Of a stretch of DNA of 64,000 nt, positions 37,262 through 46,710 are shown in pieces (the first letter of the stretch is position 1; every line of letters starts with the position of its first letter). The notes under the pieces are model-generated. The model was not told the origin of the DNA and did not search any database. It saw only the letters and a program-made list of their open reading frames with translations. The stretch is taken from contig OY969586.1 of assembly GCA_963701305.1 (NCBI GenBank), positions 2,825,509-2,889,508 of the forward strand, read 5' to 3'. Source of the DNA: Candidatus Aminicenantes bacterium. GTDB taxonomy: Bacteria; Acidobacteriota; Aminicenantia; Aminicenantales; CAVYOD01. The translations under genes were made by a program, and so were the position numbers.

Positions 37262-37354
37262 CGGGAAGGTATGGGAGTCGAACCCATCCGGGACTTTTGA
37301 AGGCCCCATACTGGATTTGAAGTCCAGAAGGCCCACCGGGACCTTGACCCTCCC
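37262..37354 (-). tRNA. selC: tRNA-Sec (anticodon UCA), 93 nt without an encoded CCA
   Basis: I folded it by hand from the reverse complement. The acceptor stem is 8 bp (GGGAGGGT/ACCTTCCC with one G-U). The D stem is 6 bp with a 4-nt loop (AGGTCC-CGGT-GGGCCT). The anticodon arm is CTGGA-CU-UCA-AA-TCCAG. The long variable arm is GGGGC-CTTCAAAA-GTCCC. The T arm is 5 bp (ATGGG-TTCGACT-CCCAT). The discriminator is G. The 8/5 acceptor/T geometry, the 6-bp D stem with 4-nt loop and G73 are the bacterial tRNA-Sec signature. It lies immediately downstream of selB. Confidence 0.8.
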
Positions 37355-37358
37355 GCGG

Positions 37359-39275
37359 CTATCTTAGCACATGCCGGTCTTCGATTCTCTTGGTCAGGCC
37401 GATTCTGTCGAAATATTCCAGGATGGCCTGGCCATATTTGCGCGAAATCCTGAGGCTGTCCCTCAGTTCAGCAATGGTGATGCTTTTGTGCTTTTGCAGG
37501 TGATTGAGGACGAGCGTGCGCGCCGACTCGAGCGCATCCCGGTGATAGGTTACCTTGGCCGAAAGCCGGACGAGATTTCCCCGCTGGATGAGGCTCCCGA
37601 CGATGCTTTTAAACAGGGCCGGCTTCAGGTCGAGCTGTTTCTCAACTTCTTCCTCGAGCGGGCTTTCATACCGGGTGCTCCTGTAAATTTGCTCTATCCT
37701 GTCGGCCGCCTCCTGATCTTTGGGCCTGAACTTGGCTTCGTGGCCGACAAGCCCGACTCCCGCCTCCTTCTTCAAAAGCAGATTTTTCCGGAATAAGTCC
37801 TCGAGGACGACTTTGAAAACCAGGGAATCGCTCGTCTTCAGAAGATGTGAGCGCAGGTCGGCTGCGGGCATGAAAAGACGATGCGGATAAGTCTCGAAGT
37901 ATTCGCGGGCCGCGGAAAGCAGGTTTTCGCCCAGCTTTGCATAAACATTGTGGTGGATGTACATTCCGTCTGGATCGGCCGCCAATGGAACGAGTTTTCC
38001 CTGCCCAACCAGCTTATCAATCGCCTCCTTAACATCGCTCACGTTCTTTCCGGCGCGTATGGCCACGTCTTGTGCGCTCTGGGGGCGGAATCCAGCTTTG
38101 AAAAATATCTGCTCGACAAACTCTCCCAGGCTCCCCTCGAGCTTCTTAAGTGCTTCTATGGCTAGAGGATCCTCTCTCTTGTGTTTTTCGGGCGCGCCTT
38201 CAAGAATTATCCCGCCTCCGATCGTCGTGAGCGGCGAAAACGAGCGGATAACGAAGCGGTCGCCCGGCAAAGCGACAGTCGGAGCCTCGCAGATGAATTG
38301 GGCCAATGAGGACTCTCCCGGCTGCACGGATCTTTTTTCGAGCAGCACCAGCCGGGCGATGACTTCGTCGGTCCCGATATGGAGGCGGATCCTCTCCCGG
38401 TTTCTCAGCTCCCGGCCGTAGCTCTTGAGGAGGTTCAGGCGGGCATCCAACCGGATCGTGGCCAATAGAGATTTGGGAGCCGCGGCGACCTGGCCCCGAC
38501 GGAGAAGCTCTTTATTTATATCCTGGAGGTTGATCGCGGTGCGCTTCCCAAGACCGGAATATTCTTCCTTTTCATTGTGGACCTGGATGCCTCGGACTCG
38601 GACTTCGAGACTCTCCGGATAGATTTCGAGGGCGTCTCCCACCCTGACCTCCCCGGAGAGAATGGTCCCGGCGATGACGGTGCCGAATCCACGGATAGAG
38701 AAAATCCGGTCGATAGGCATCCGAAAGACGCCGCTATCCGCCCGTTTTTTGATTCGCCGGCCGAGAGCGATGAGCTCAGCCTTGATTTCATTGATTCCCT
38801 GGCGGCTCACCGAGGATACCGGGACAATCGGCGCGCCCTCGAGAAATGTTCCCCTGACGAGATCTTTAATCTTAAAGGTCAGCTCGAGTATCTGATCCTG
38901 GTTCACCAAGTCCGCCTTTGTCAGCGCGACGATTCCGAGATTGACTCCCAGGAGCTGCAGGATATCGAAATGCTCGCGGGTCTGGACGCAGATCCCTTCG
39001 TCTGCCGCGATGACCAGCATGACGGCGTCTATGGAGCTGGCGCCGGCGGCCATCGTCTTGATGAATTTTTCGTGGCCGGGGACATCGATGAAAACAATCT
39101 GTTTCTCGTAGTCCGGGGCCTCTAAGAAGACAAACCCCAGCTCGATCGTCAGGCCGCGCTCTTTTTCCTCGGGGAGGGTGTCAGGATCGATCCCGGTCAA
39201 GGCCTTGACGAGCGAGGACTTGCCGTGGTCAATGTGTCCCGCCGTCCCGACGATGACGTGTTCTTTTCCTGACAT
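37359..39275 (-). CDS. selB: Selenocysteine-specific elongation factor SelB
   Basis: The GTPase motifs are [19 protein letters not shown] and TKADL. Domains II and III are followed by a long C-terminal winged-helix extension (638 aa). It sits between selD and selC. Confidence 0.9.
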   Translation of the reverse strand: MSGKEHVIVGTAGHIDHGKSSLVKALTGIDPDTLPEEKERGLTIELGFVFLEAPDYEKQIVFIDVPGHEKFIKTMAAGASSIDAVMLVIAADEGICVQTREHFDILQLLGVNLGIVALTKADLVNQDQILELTFKIKDLVRGTFLEGAPIVPVSSVSRQGINEIKAELIALGRRIKKRADSGVFRMPIDRIFSIRGFGTVIAGTILSGEVRVGDALEIYPESLEVRVRGIQVHNEKEEYSGLGKRTAINLQDINKELLRRGQVAAAPKSLLATIRLDARLNLLKSYGRELRNRERIRLHIGTDEVIARLVLLEKRSVQPGESSLAQFICEAPTVALPGDRFVIRSFSPLTTIGGGIILEGAPEKHKREDPLAIEALKKLEGSLGEFVEQIFFKAGFRPQSAQDVAIRAGKNVSDVKEAIDKLVGQGKLVPLAADPDGMYIHHNVYAKLGENLLSAAREYFETYPHRLFMPAADLRSHLLKTSDSLVFKVVLEDLFRKNLLLKKEAGVGLVGHEAKFRPKDQEAADRIEQIYRSTRYESPLEEEVEKQLDLKPALFKSIVGSLIQRGNLVRLSAKVTYHRDALESARTLVLNHLQKHKSITIAELRDSLRISRKYGQAILEYFDRIGLTKRIEDRHVLR

Positions 39276-39294
39276 GGCTTTTCGGCCGGCGGGT

Positions 39295-40485
39295 TTATTT
39301 TTTGAGCCTGATTTTGCCTTTGGATTTTGCCGTGATTCTGCCCACGACGGCCGCCCGCCCGACGCCGCGTCTCAGCAACTCTCTTAGCAGGGCTTTCGAC
39401 TTTTTCTCTTCGATGGCCATGAGAAGCCCGCCCGAGGTCTGTGGGTCATAAAGGATCGTTTCCATGTCGTCGCTGACGTCTTTCGCCCTCTGGATGAACT
39501 GGGCCGAATACTCACGGTTACGTTCTATCGCGCCCGAAATAAGTCCTTCCCTCACCAATTCGAGTACTCCCGCAAAGAGGGGGATATTGCCCGCCTGGAC
39601 CTCTGCCGTAACGCCGCTCTGGCAGACGATCTCACTCAGGTGTCCGGCGAGCCCGAAGCCTGTTACGTCCGTAGCCGTGCGGACGCCCATTTTGACCATG
39701 ACCTCTGCGGCGGCCTTGTTGAGCTCGGTCATGGATCGTTCGGCTTCGCGCAATCCCTCCTCCGGCGCCCTGCACAGTTGCCGGGCAAAGCTCAATATCC
39801 CGGTCCCGATAGGCTTGGTCAAGACGAGGAGGTCTCCGGGTTTGGCCGTATCATTGGTGATAATCCGGGCTGGATTGATGGTCCCCGTGACGGCAAAACC
39901 AAACTTGATCTCTTTGTCCTTGATGCTGTGGCCACCGAGCAAGGCTACCCCCGCTTCTTTCAGCTTATCGATCCCGCCTTGGAGCATCTTGTTCATGATG
40001 CGGTGGCTCAGCTTTTCGATCGGAAAGGCGATGATGGAGAGGGCGGTGAGCGGTTTCCCGCCCATCGCGTAGATGTCGCTCACGGAATTGGCGGCGGCGA
40101 TCTGGCCGAATATATAGGGGTCGTCGACGACCGGGGTGAAGACGTCGACCGACTGGACGAGGGCCATCCGGCTCGAGATCTTGAAGACTCCGGCATCGTC
40201 GCAGGTGCTGGCGCTCACCAGGACCCGGGGATCAAAAATCTCGGGGAGACCGGCCAGGGCTTTTTTCAGGTCTTCCTGGCTGATCTTGGAAGCGCAGCCG
40301 GCGTTCTCGACCAGCCCGGTCAGATGGACTTCTTCGACGGCCTCTTCTTCCCGTTCCCCGGAGCAGAGGCAGATATTTTTCTGTTTGAAGAGGTCGCATG
40401 GGCAGGGCTCTTTGGGGTTGCAGATGCAGTGACCGAGCTTGATCGAGCGGCCCATGATGCGCTTGCGCTTCTGGTAATCGATCAT
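39295..40485 (-). CDS. selD: Selenophosphate synthetase SelD (Cys-type) with an N-terminal Cys-rich extension of about 45 aa
   Basis: The PurM-like core has the active-site [10 protein letters not shown] (aligns to E. coli GAGCGCKIS), DDAGV and AMGGKP. The N-terminal extension is [23 protein letters not shown]. Confidence 0.85.
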   Translation of the reverse strand: MIDYQKRKRIMGRSIKLGHCICNPKEPCPCDLFKQKNICLCSGEREEEAVEEVHLTGLVENAGCASKISQEDLKKALAGLPEIFDPRVLVSASTCDDAGVFKISSRMALVQSVDVFTPVVDDPYIFGQIAAANSVSDIYAMGGKPLTALSIIAFPIEKLSHRIMNKMLQGGIDKLKEAGVALLGGHSIKDKEIKFGFAVTGTINPARIITNDTAKPGDLLVLTKPIGTGILSFARQLCRAPEEGLREAERSMTELNKAAAEVMVKMGVRTATDVTGFGLAGHLSEIVCQSGVTAEVQAGNIPLFAGVLELVREGLISGAIERNREYSAQFIQRAKDVSDDMETILYDPQTSGGLLMAIEEKKSKALLRELLRRGVGRAAVVGRITAKSKGKIRLKK

Positions 40486-40500
40486 CGTCCGATTCCCTCT

Positions 40501-41907
40501 CTACGGGCCGAGGATCTCCAGAATCGCCTTCTCAACCAAGACGTCTTCCTCGGGCTGGATTGTCCGCAAATCGAAGAGGACATAATCTTTATAAACCCTG
40601 GCAAAAACAGGCGGCTCGTGAAAGCGGAGGCCTCTGGCCAGCGCATCCACTGAGATGTCCAACGGCCTTACGGCCAGCACTTTAGTGGGGATCGTTTCTA
40701 TGGGGACGGATCCGCTTCCTACCTGGGATCCGCTGTCCTCAATCGAAAATATCGCTTTTTCCGGAAGGACCTTGAGGAGCCTGACAGCAAGTTTCTTGGC
40801 CCGCCGCTCCAGTTCTTTAGGACTCGAGGAAAGCATCCGGTAGAGCGGATGGGTTTCGTTGATTTTCTCGAGGTTTAAGAACAACTTAAGCGTGGCCTCC
40901 ATGGCCGCAATCGTTAGCTTCCCGACCCGAAAGGCCCGCATCAAGGGGTTTTTTTTGATCTGCGAAACGACAGCGGCCCGGCCGACGATTATTCCCGACT
41001 GAGGGCCGCCGATGAGCTTATCACCCGAGAAACAGGCAACGTCGACGCCGGCCGCAAGGCTTGTGTGGACCAGCGGTTCGGCCTCGAGACCGTAGCCTTT
41101 GAGGTCAATCAGGGCGCCGCTGCCCAGGTCGTCGATGACCGGCACCTGGTGTTTTTTTGCGAGCTCAACCAGCTCTCCGATCCCAGGTTCTTCGGCAAAG
41201 CCCACGATCCTGTAGTTACTGTGATGGACACGCATAATGGCGCCGGTGCGCTCGCTGATGGCAGATTCGTAATCGCGGAGGTGAGTTTTGTTGGTCGCTC
41301 CCACTTCCCGGAGAATCGCCCCCGATGTGGCCATGACTTCGGGCATCCGGAAAGACCCGCCGATTTCGACGAGCTGTCCTCGGGAGAGAATGACTTCCTT
41401 TCCTTTGGCCAGGGTGTTAAGGATCAGGACCGTCGCCGCGGCGTTGTTGTTGACGACGACGGCTGCCTCGGCTCCGGTCAGTTCGCAGAGAAGCCCGGCG
41501 ACATGGCTGTAACGGTCGCCGCGCCGCCCTGTTTCGCGGTCGATGGCCAGATTGCAGTACCCGTCACTGATCAGTGCGAGCGCCTGCGCCGCCTCCCTGG
41601 AGAGAACCGCCCGTCCCAATCCCGAATGCATCAGAATGCCTGTCGCGTTGATCACTTTTCGCAGCGATGGCGCCATTCTCGCTTCGAGGTCAAGCCGGAG
41701 CTTCGCGGTCACGCTCTCAAGAGCCAGGTCATCTTCTACGACGGAGGGGGATGCATCTTTCAAAATCTTTGCCCTCAGCTCGTCAATCGCGGCGCGCGCC
41801 CGGCGGAGCACCGCCTCACGTCCATAGGTCTCTATGAGGGCAGCGGCGTCCGGATGGGCGAGGAGGGCGTCCACGGAAGGTAGTTTTCGTAAAAGCTCCT
41901 TGTTCAA
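40501..41907 (-). CDS. selA: L-seryl-tRNA(Sec) selenium transferase SelA
   Basis: 468 aa. The PLP-fold core has NATGILMHSGLGRA...NNNAAAT...GDKLIGGPQ. It is the first gene of the selA-selD-selB-selC array. Confidence 0.9.
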   Translation of the reverse strand: MNKELLRKLPSVDALLAHPDAAALIETYGREAVLRRARAAIDELRAKILKDASPSVVEDDLALESVTAKLRLDLEARMAPSLRKVINATGILMHSGLGRAVLSREAAQALALISDGYCNLAIDRETGRRGDRYSHVAGLLCELTGAEAAVVVNNNAAATVLILNTLAKGKEVILSRGQLVEIGGSFRMPEVMATSGAILREVGATNKTHLRDYESAISERTGAIMRVHHSNYRIVGFAEEPGIGELVELAKKHQVPVIDDLGSGALIDLKGYGLEAEPLVHTSLAAGVDVACFSGDKLIGGPQSGIIVGRAAVVSQIKKNPLMRAFRVGKLTIAAMEATLKLFLNLEKINETHPLYRMLSSSPKELERRAKKLAVRLLKVLPEKAIFSIEDSGSQVGSGSVPIETIPTKVLAVRPLDISVDALARGLRFHEPPVFARVYKDYVLFDLRTIQPEEDVLVEKAILEILGP

Positions 41908-41920
41908 GATTCCACCTGAC

Positions 41921-42478
41921 TTAATTGATCTCTTTTGGGAATTGAATCTTGGCGAAGATATCTTGGTTTATTTCCTTGCTGGCCTCAGAGCCCGGCACGA
42001 CCTCCACCGGAATTTCGAGCCCGATTTCCTTGGGCGGCAAGCAGAAACGGTCGTTGCAGGCCTGGTAGCTCACTTTCAGCTTGAGTTTATGGCCGCCCAA
42101 AGCCATACTCTCGTCTGCTTTTACCGCGAGGCCCAGCACCGCATCGGTCGAATAGATCTGGAGCTCAACTTCGGAGTACTCGAACTTGCCCGTTTTTGGC
42201 TGCGGATAAGAGGTCTGGAGGACTCGGAAGCCGTTGTTCTCTTCAGCGGTCAGCGTCGTCGGAATCAGAAATTCATCGTTGACGGGGTTCGCGTTGATGT
42301 GCCATCCGCCGTTGATCGTAAGCACGACGGCGATTTTAAAGATCTCCCCGGGATGGATCTTGTCACGGGAAAGAAACCCCCTTGCCTGGACGGCTTCCTC
42401 ATCTCCTGAGGAGAGGCAAGGCAGGCAGAAGAACGCCGTGGCGATAAACATCGAGAGCCAGATTCTTGTTTTGGCCAT
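41921..42478 (-). CDS. Stand-alone DsbD N-terminal (DsbD-alpha) domain protein, periplasmic
   Basis: This is ORF 41921..42559 with the probable start MAKTRIWLSMFIATAFFCLPCLSSG (signal peptide). The diagnostic C-x4-FC-xPP motif is present (QACNDRFCLPP), compared with E. coli nDsbD GCADAGFCYPP. Confidence 0.65.
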   Translation of the reverse strand: MAKTRIWLSMFIATAFFCLPCLSSGDEEAVQARGFLSRDKIHPGEIFKIAVVLTINGGWHINANPVNDEFLIPTTLTAEENNGFRVLQTSYPQPKTGKFEYSEVELQIYSTDAVLGLAVKADESMALGGHKLKLKVSYQACNDRFCLPPKEIGLEIPVEVVPGSEASKEINQDIFAKIQFPKEIN

Positions 42479-42629
42479 ACTTGTGAGTCCTCTTATATTT
42501 TCGCCCTTCTGGTTCGCGAATTCAAATATTGACTCAGGATCGAGGCGCCGTTTTTGCATTTCCAGCCTTCTCTTTCGGGCAGTAAGATGATATCGAAAAA
42601 CAGTCGTCTGTCAATCGGAAAAGAGAACA

Positions 42630-42738
42630 GGGACGTTCCCCAAGGGGACACCCTTGATGATCTAGAGCTCGCCATTTGAGCTTCCAGGGATGGAAAGGTT
42701 CTCAAGAGACGAAGGGTGTCCCCTTGGGGAACGTCCCC
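42630..42738. repeat. Long imperfect inverted repeat (26-nt arms, about 56-nt spacer) in the promoter-proximal intergenic region
   Basis: gggacgttccccaaggggacaccctt ... aagggtgtccccttggggaacgtccc. Each arm also holds an internal tcccc-aa-gggga mini-palindrome. Confidence 0.5.
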
Positions 42739-42773
42739 CAGTTTGGGAAAGCGCGGCTGCCTGATGGCCTCCG

Positions 42774-42802
42774 TTGACAGAAACTGGAGCCTCTGGTATA
42801 AG
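42774..42802 (+). promoter_or_regulatory. Sigma70-like promoter TTGACA-17-TATAAG
   Basis: ttgaca, the spacer gaaactggagcctctgg and tataag lie about 27 nt upstream of the ATG at 42829 and directly downstream of the inverted repeat. Confidence 0.4.
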
Positions 42803-42828
42803 ACACTCAAAAAGCGAGGTGGTTCGAA

Positions 42829-44307
42829 ATGTCTCGTGACAAAAAGTTCTTAGTTATTGCCTTAGTGATTCTTTTATCTATTCCCATAGGGGTCATTGCC
42901 TCCCAAAAGGACACAGATCTTGGAGAGAGAATCGCCCGCGTTGAGGCCGGTCTTCTCGGAGCTGTTCAAATCAAGGGCCAGCCCCTGTCGCCGATGAAGC
43001 TCTCCGACCGGATGTGCTATTACAAGGTCCCCGGCGTCAGCATTGCCGTGATCAGAGGCCTTGTGATCGAATGGGCGAAGGGTTATGGCCTTAAAGAGGC
43101 AGGGAAAAATAGCCCGGTCCTCGCAGAGACACTTTTTCAGGCGGCTTCCATCAGCAAACCAGTGGCTGCTCTGGCTGCGCTGCGCCTGGTCCAGGATGGT
43201 GTCCTCGACCTGGATGAGGACGTGAATGCGAAGCTTCTCTCCTGGAAAGTGCCGGAAAATTCGTTCACGGCGAAAAAAAAAGTCACTCTTCGGGAGCTCC
43301 TGAGTCACTCCGCCGGACTCACCGTCCATGGTTTCCGCGGCTATGCCCAGGGGGAGCCAGTTCCCACGTTGAGGCAGATTTTGGACGGAGCAAAGCCCTC
43401 CAACTCTGCGGCCATCCGCGTCGATATTCTGCCCGGAAGCCAATTCCGTTATTCCGGGGGCGGCTTTACGATCATGCAGCAACTTCTCATGGATGTCGAA
43501 AAGAAGCCGTTCCCCACGATCATGGACGAGCTCGTCCTCAGGCCCGTGGGAATGAGCCAGAGCACTTATATTCAGCCCTTGCCGGAAAGCCGATGGGGGA
43601 CCGAAGCCCTGGCCCACGGTCCGGACGGCCTGCCCGTGAAAGGGAAGTGGCACACCTATCCTGAGATGGCTGCGGCCGGGCTCTGGACGACTCCCTCCGA
43701 CCTGGCCCGTTTTGCGATCATGATCGCCCAAGCCTGGTCGGGGAAATCGGACAAGATTATCAGCCAGGAGACGGCCAAAAAGATGCTCACCCGGCAGCTT
43801 GATCCGTGGGGACTCGGCCTTCAGCTCATCGGAGAAGGGGAGAGCTTCGCTTTCGAGCACGGCGGAAGCAACGAAGGGTACAGATGCAATTTTGTCCTTT
43901 ATCCGGTCAAGGGGGTGGGAGTGGCGGTGATGACCAACGGCGACAACGGCTCCTATCTTGTTTCCGAGATCCAGCGGAGCATCGGCCGGGAATATGGAAT
44001 CGCCGATCTCCTCCCCAAGGTGAAAGAGGTCAAGACGATAGATCCCAAAATCCTGGATTTGTACGTGGGCAAATATCAGATCACGCCCGATTTCATTCTG
44101 ATTCTCTCGGCTGAAAACGGCCGTTTGTTTATCGCCCCTCCGGGCCAGCTCAAATTCGAACTTCTGCCCGAGTCCGAGACGAAATTTTTCGGCCAAGAAA
44201 ACGGAGTCGAAGTCACGTTCGTCAAAGACAAAAACGGCCGGTTTGATGAGCTTGTGCTTAATTTCGGCGGCGGCAGCCCTTTTCAGGGGAAGAGAGTCAA
44301 ACAATGA
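42829..44307 (+). CDS. Serine hydrolase of the beta-lactamase/transpeptidase fold (class C / esterase EstB-like) with a C-terminal accessory domain
   Basis: A signal anchor is followed by the SxxK motif FQAASISKPVAALAALRL, then YSGGG and HGG-type motifs, and a C-terminal extension of about 120 aa. Confidence 0.85.
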   Translation: MSRDKKFLVIALVILLSIPIGVIASQKDTDLGERIARVEAGLLGAVQIKGQPLSPMKLSDRMCYYKVPGVSIAVIRGLVIEWAKGYGLKEAGKNSPVLAETLFQAASISKPVAALAALRLVQDGVLDLDEDVNAKLLSWKVPENSFTAKKKVTLRELLSHSAGLTVHGFRGYAQGEPVPTLRQILDGAKPSNSAAIRVDILPGSQFRYSGGGFTIMQQLLMDVEKKPFPTIMDELVLRPVGMSQSTYIQPLPESRWGTEALAHGPDGLPVKGKWHTYPEMAAAGLWTTPSDLARFAIMIAQAWSGKSDKIISQETAKKMLTRQLDPWGLGLQLIGEGESFAFEHGGSNEGYRCNFVLYPVKGVGVAVMTNGDNGSYLVSEIQRSIGREYGIADLLPKVKEVKTIDPKILDLYVGKYQITPDFILILSAENGRLFIAPPGQLKFELLPESETKFFGQENGVEVTFVKDKNGRFDELVLNFGGGSPFQGKRVKQ

Positions 44308-44424
44308 CTCTCAAAGCGAATCGAGGATGCCCGCGATCGGCTTGGCCGCGGCCGTGGGTATTTGGAGTGAGGACGCGATCGGCAAACCGACATATGTCCT
44401 GAAATCCGAGGAAGGAGCAGAAGA

Positions 44425-45846
44425 ATGGCTTTTCGCTTCCCTCGCTTGACGGAAGAACAATCGCGCAGGATCTGTTGGGCGAGTCTCGAAATCCTCGAGC
44501 GGGTGGGAGTTCGTCTGTTTCTGGATGAGGCGATTGACCTGCTCAAGAAGGCGGGGGCGAGGGTTACGGATGGAAATCTGGTCCATCTGCCTTCTCATCT
44601 CATCGAGAAAGCCCTCTCGACAGTTCCCAAAAAAATCGTCCTCTTTGACCGCTACCACTATCCCGGTATGCCCGTCGAGGGGGACAACTGTTTCTACGGT
44701 CCCGGCTCCGATTGCCTGAATGTCGTTGACCTGCGCACCGGAATCCGCCGAAAGCCCATTCTGAACGACGTGAGGGCGGGCCTGGCGCTCTGCGACGCCC
44801 TGCTCAACATCGATTTTGTCATGTCCCTGCTCTTGCCCATTGATGTGAACACGTCCATCGCAGATCGATACCAGATGGAGGCGATGTTAAATTCAACGAT
44901 CAAACCGATCATTTTTGGGACCCGCGATTTCGAAGGCTGTGTCGATTGCGTCGAAATGGCTGAGTTGGTGGCCGGGGGAGAGGAGGCGCTCAGGGAAAAG
45001 CCATTTGTCGCCTGCCACATAAGTGTCGCGTCCGGCCTCCGGCACAATAAGGAGGGACTCGAAAAACTTCTTTACCTGGCCTCAAAAAATCTTCCCGTAC
45101 TCTACATCCCCTCTTCGACCGCCGGAGTCGCGAGCCCGAGCACGCCGGCCGGTTCCATCGCTCTGGATTATGCCGGGGTCTTCGTGGGGTTGACGCTGGC
45201 CCAACTGAAACGGGAGGGCACGCCCGTCATTGTCACCGGCATGCCGCCGGGCCATCTAGACATGAAAACCCTTGTCTCTCCCCGCTCCGAGCCGGAGAGG
45301 GGGACGACAGAAGCCCTGAGTCATTTTTACAAGCTCCCGATGTTTTCGGTTGGCGGCGCTTCCGAATCCAAAATCGTGGACCAGCAGGCGGCCGCAGAGG
45401 CGGCTCTGAGCCTTCTCGTGGAAACGCTGGCCGGGGCGAACATCATCCATGACCTCGGGTGTCTGGAGTCCGGACTCGCTTTTTCTCTGTCCCAACTGGC
45501 CATCTGTGATGAGATCGTGAGCTGGATCAAAGCCTTTGGCCGCGATATCGAGGTCGACGACGAGGCCCTGGCCCTGGACGTCATCGCCGAGGTCGGCCCC
45601 GACGGACAATTCCTGCACACGGAGCACACGATCCGTCATTACCGGGAGAGATGGTATCCTGAGATTTTTGAACGAGAGACTCACGACGCCTGGATTCGCA
45701 GGGGAGGGAAGAGTCTTCTGGAGAGGGCCCAGGAGAGAGTGGAACACATCCTGGCCGACCGTAAGGTTGAAGAATTGCCTCGCGATATCAAGAAGAAGCT
45801 GCGAAAGATTATTCAGCGTGCCGAGAAAAAGGTTAAAAGACAATGA
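44425..45846 (+). CDS. MttB-superfamily (trimethylamine/quaternary-amine:corrinoid methyltransferase-like) protein, non-pyrrolysine
   Basis: 473 aa. RICWASLEILERVGVRLFLDEAIDLLKKAGARV is the typical MttB N-terminus, and the protein is TIM-barrel length. There is no in-frame TAG. Confidence 0.75.
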   Translation: MAFRFPRLTEEQSRRICWASLEILERVGVRLFLDEAIDLLKKAGARVTDGNLVHLPSHLIEKALSTVPKKIVLFDRYHYPGMPVEGDNCFYGPGSDCLNVVDLRTGIRRKPILNDVRAGLALCDALLNIDFVMSLLLPIDVNTSIADRYQMEAMLNSTIKPIIFGTRDFEGCVDCVEMAELVAGGEEALREKPFVACHISVASGLRHNKEGLEKLLYLASKNLPVLYIPSSTAGVASPSTPAGSIALDYAGVFVGLTLAQLKREGTPVIVTGMPPGHLDMKTLVSPRSEPERGTTEALSHFYKLPMFSVGGASESKIVDQQAAAEAALSLLVETLAGANIIHDLGCLESGLAFSLSQLAICDEIVSWIKAFGRDIEVDDEALALDVIAEVGPDGQFLHTEHTIRHYRERWYPEIFERETHDAWIRRGGKSLLERAQERVEHILADRKVEELPRDIKKKLRKIIQRAEKKVKRQ

Positions 45847-46613
45847 TCCAAAGAAAGCGTCTGAAAGAAAGAGTCGCTCTGATAACGGGCGGAAATTCGG
45901 GGATCGGCCGGGCCACGGCGCTCCTCTTTGCTCAAGAGGGAGCCAAGGTCGTTATTACCGGACGAGACAAGGAAAGGGGCCTGCGGGTCGTGGAAGAGAT
46001 AGAGAGAGCGGCCGGCACGGCCCTCTTCGTTCCCTGCGACGTCCGCTCCGCGGATGACTGCAGGAGCGCGGTCGGGGAAACAATCCGGGTTTACGGCCGG
46101 CTGGATATTTTGTTCAATAACGCCGGAGTTTATTATCCTCGCACGGCTGTCGAGTGTACCGAAGAAGAATGGGACCTGACGATCGATATCAACCTGAAGG
46201 GCACCTTTTTGATGTCGAAATATGCCCTTCCCGCAATGATCGCCGCGAAGAAGGGCGTCATCATCAACAATTCCTCAGGCTGGGGAATCGTGGGAGGCGA
46301 CAAGGCGGTCTCGTATTGCGCATCCAAAGGCGGTGTCGTGCTCATGACTAAGGCGATGGCCATCGACCACGGCCGGCAGGGGATCCGGGTGAACTGCATT
46401 TGTCCCGGTGATGTCGATACTCCGATGCTTCCGGTCGACGCCAGGCTTCGGGGCATGGCCTGGAAGGAATATCTGGCCGCAGCCGCGAACCGGCCGATGG
46501 GGCGCGTCGGGAAATCGGAAGAGATCGCCACGGCCGCGCTTTTCCTGGCCTCGGATGAATCATCATTTGTGACCGGAGCGGTCCTGGTGGTCGACGGCGG
46601 CGGCACAGCTTGA
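45843..46613 (+). CDS. SDR-family oxidoreductase
   Basis: ALITGGNSGIGRATA, NNAG and SYCASKGGV are present. It overlaps the MttB stop by 4 nt. Confidence 0.85.
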   Translation: MIQRKRLKERVALITGGNSGIGRATALLFAQEGAKVVITGRDKERGLRVVEEIERAAGTALFVPCDVRSADDCRSAVGETIRVYGRLDILFNNAGVYYPRTAVECTEEEWDLTIDINLKGTFLMSKYALPAMIAAKKGVIINNSSGWGIVGGDKAVSYCASKGGVVLMTKAMAIDHGRQGIRVNCICPGDVDTPMLPVDARLRGMAWKEYLAAAANRPMGRVGKSEEIATAALFLASDESSFVTGAVLVVDGGGTA

Positions 46614-46710
46614 CAAAGTCCCCTCTTTCTAATTATTAGTTAATCGTACGCATGAGGGAAAATCAAGCTTCATCAACACGGCTGAGTCGTTTTTTCATGG
46701 GGAGGAGACG

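Noticed and set aside
37100-37336. 78-aa ORF (PSKVPDGFDSHTFP...) resembling the N-terminus of ORF 33746..35374
   Set aside because: The protein similarity comes from the duplicated DNA (tRNA-Sec plus flank repeat), not from a protein family. The ORF runs through the selC tRNA. The other copy is just a spurious N-terminal extension of the beta-propeller gene, whose real RBS-supported start is at 35125.
42874-44304. 476-aa minus-strand ORF spanning the whole beta-lactamase-fold gene
   Set aside because: The plus frame has the SxxK active site and a signal peptide. The minus ORF is a long stop-free antisense frame with no motifs.
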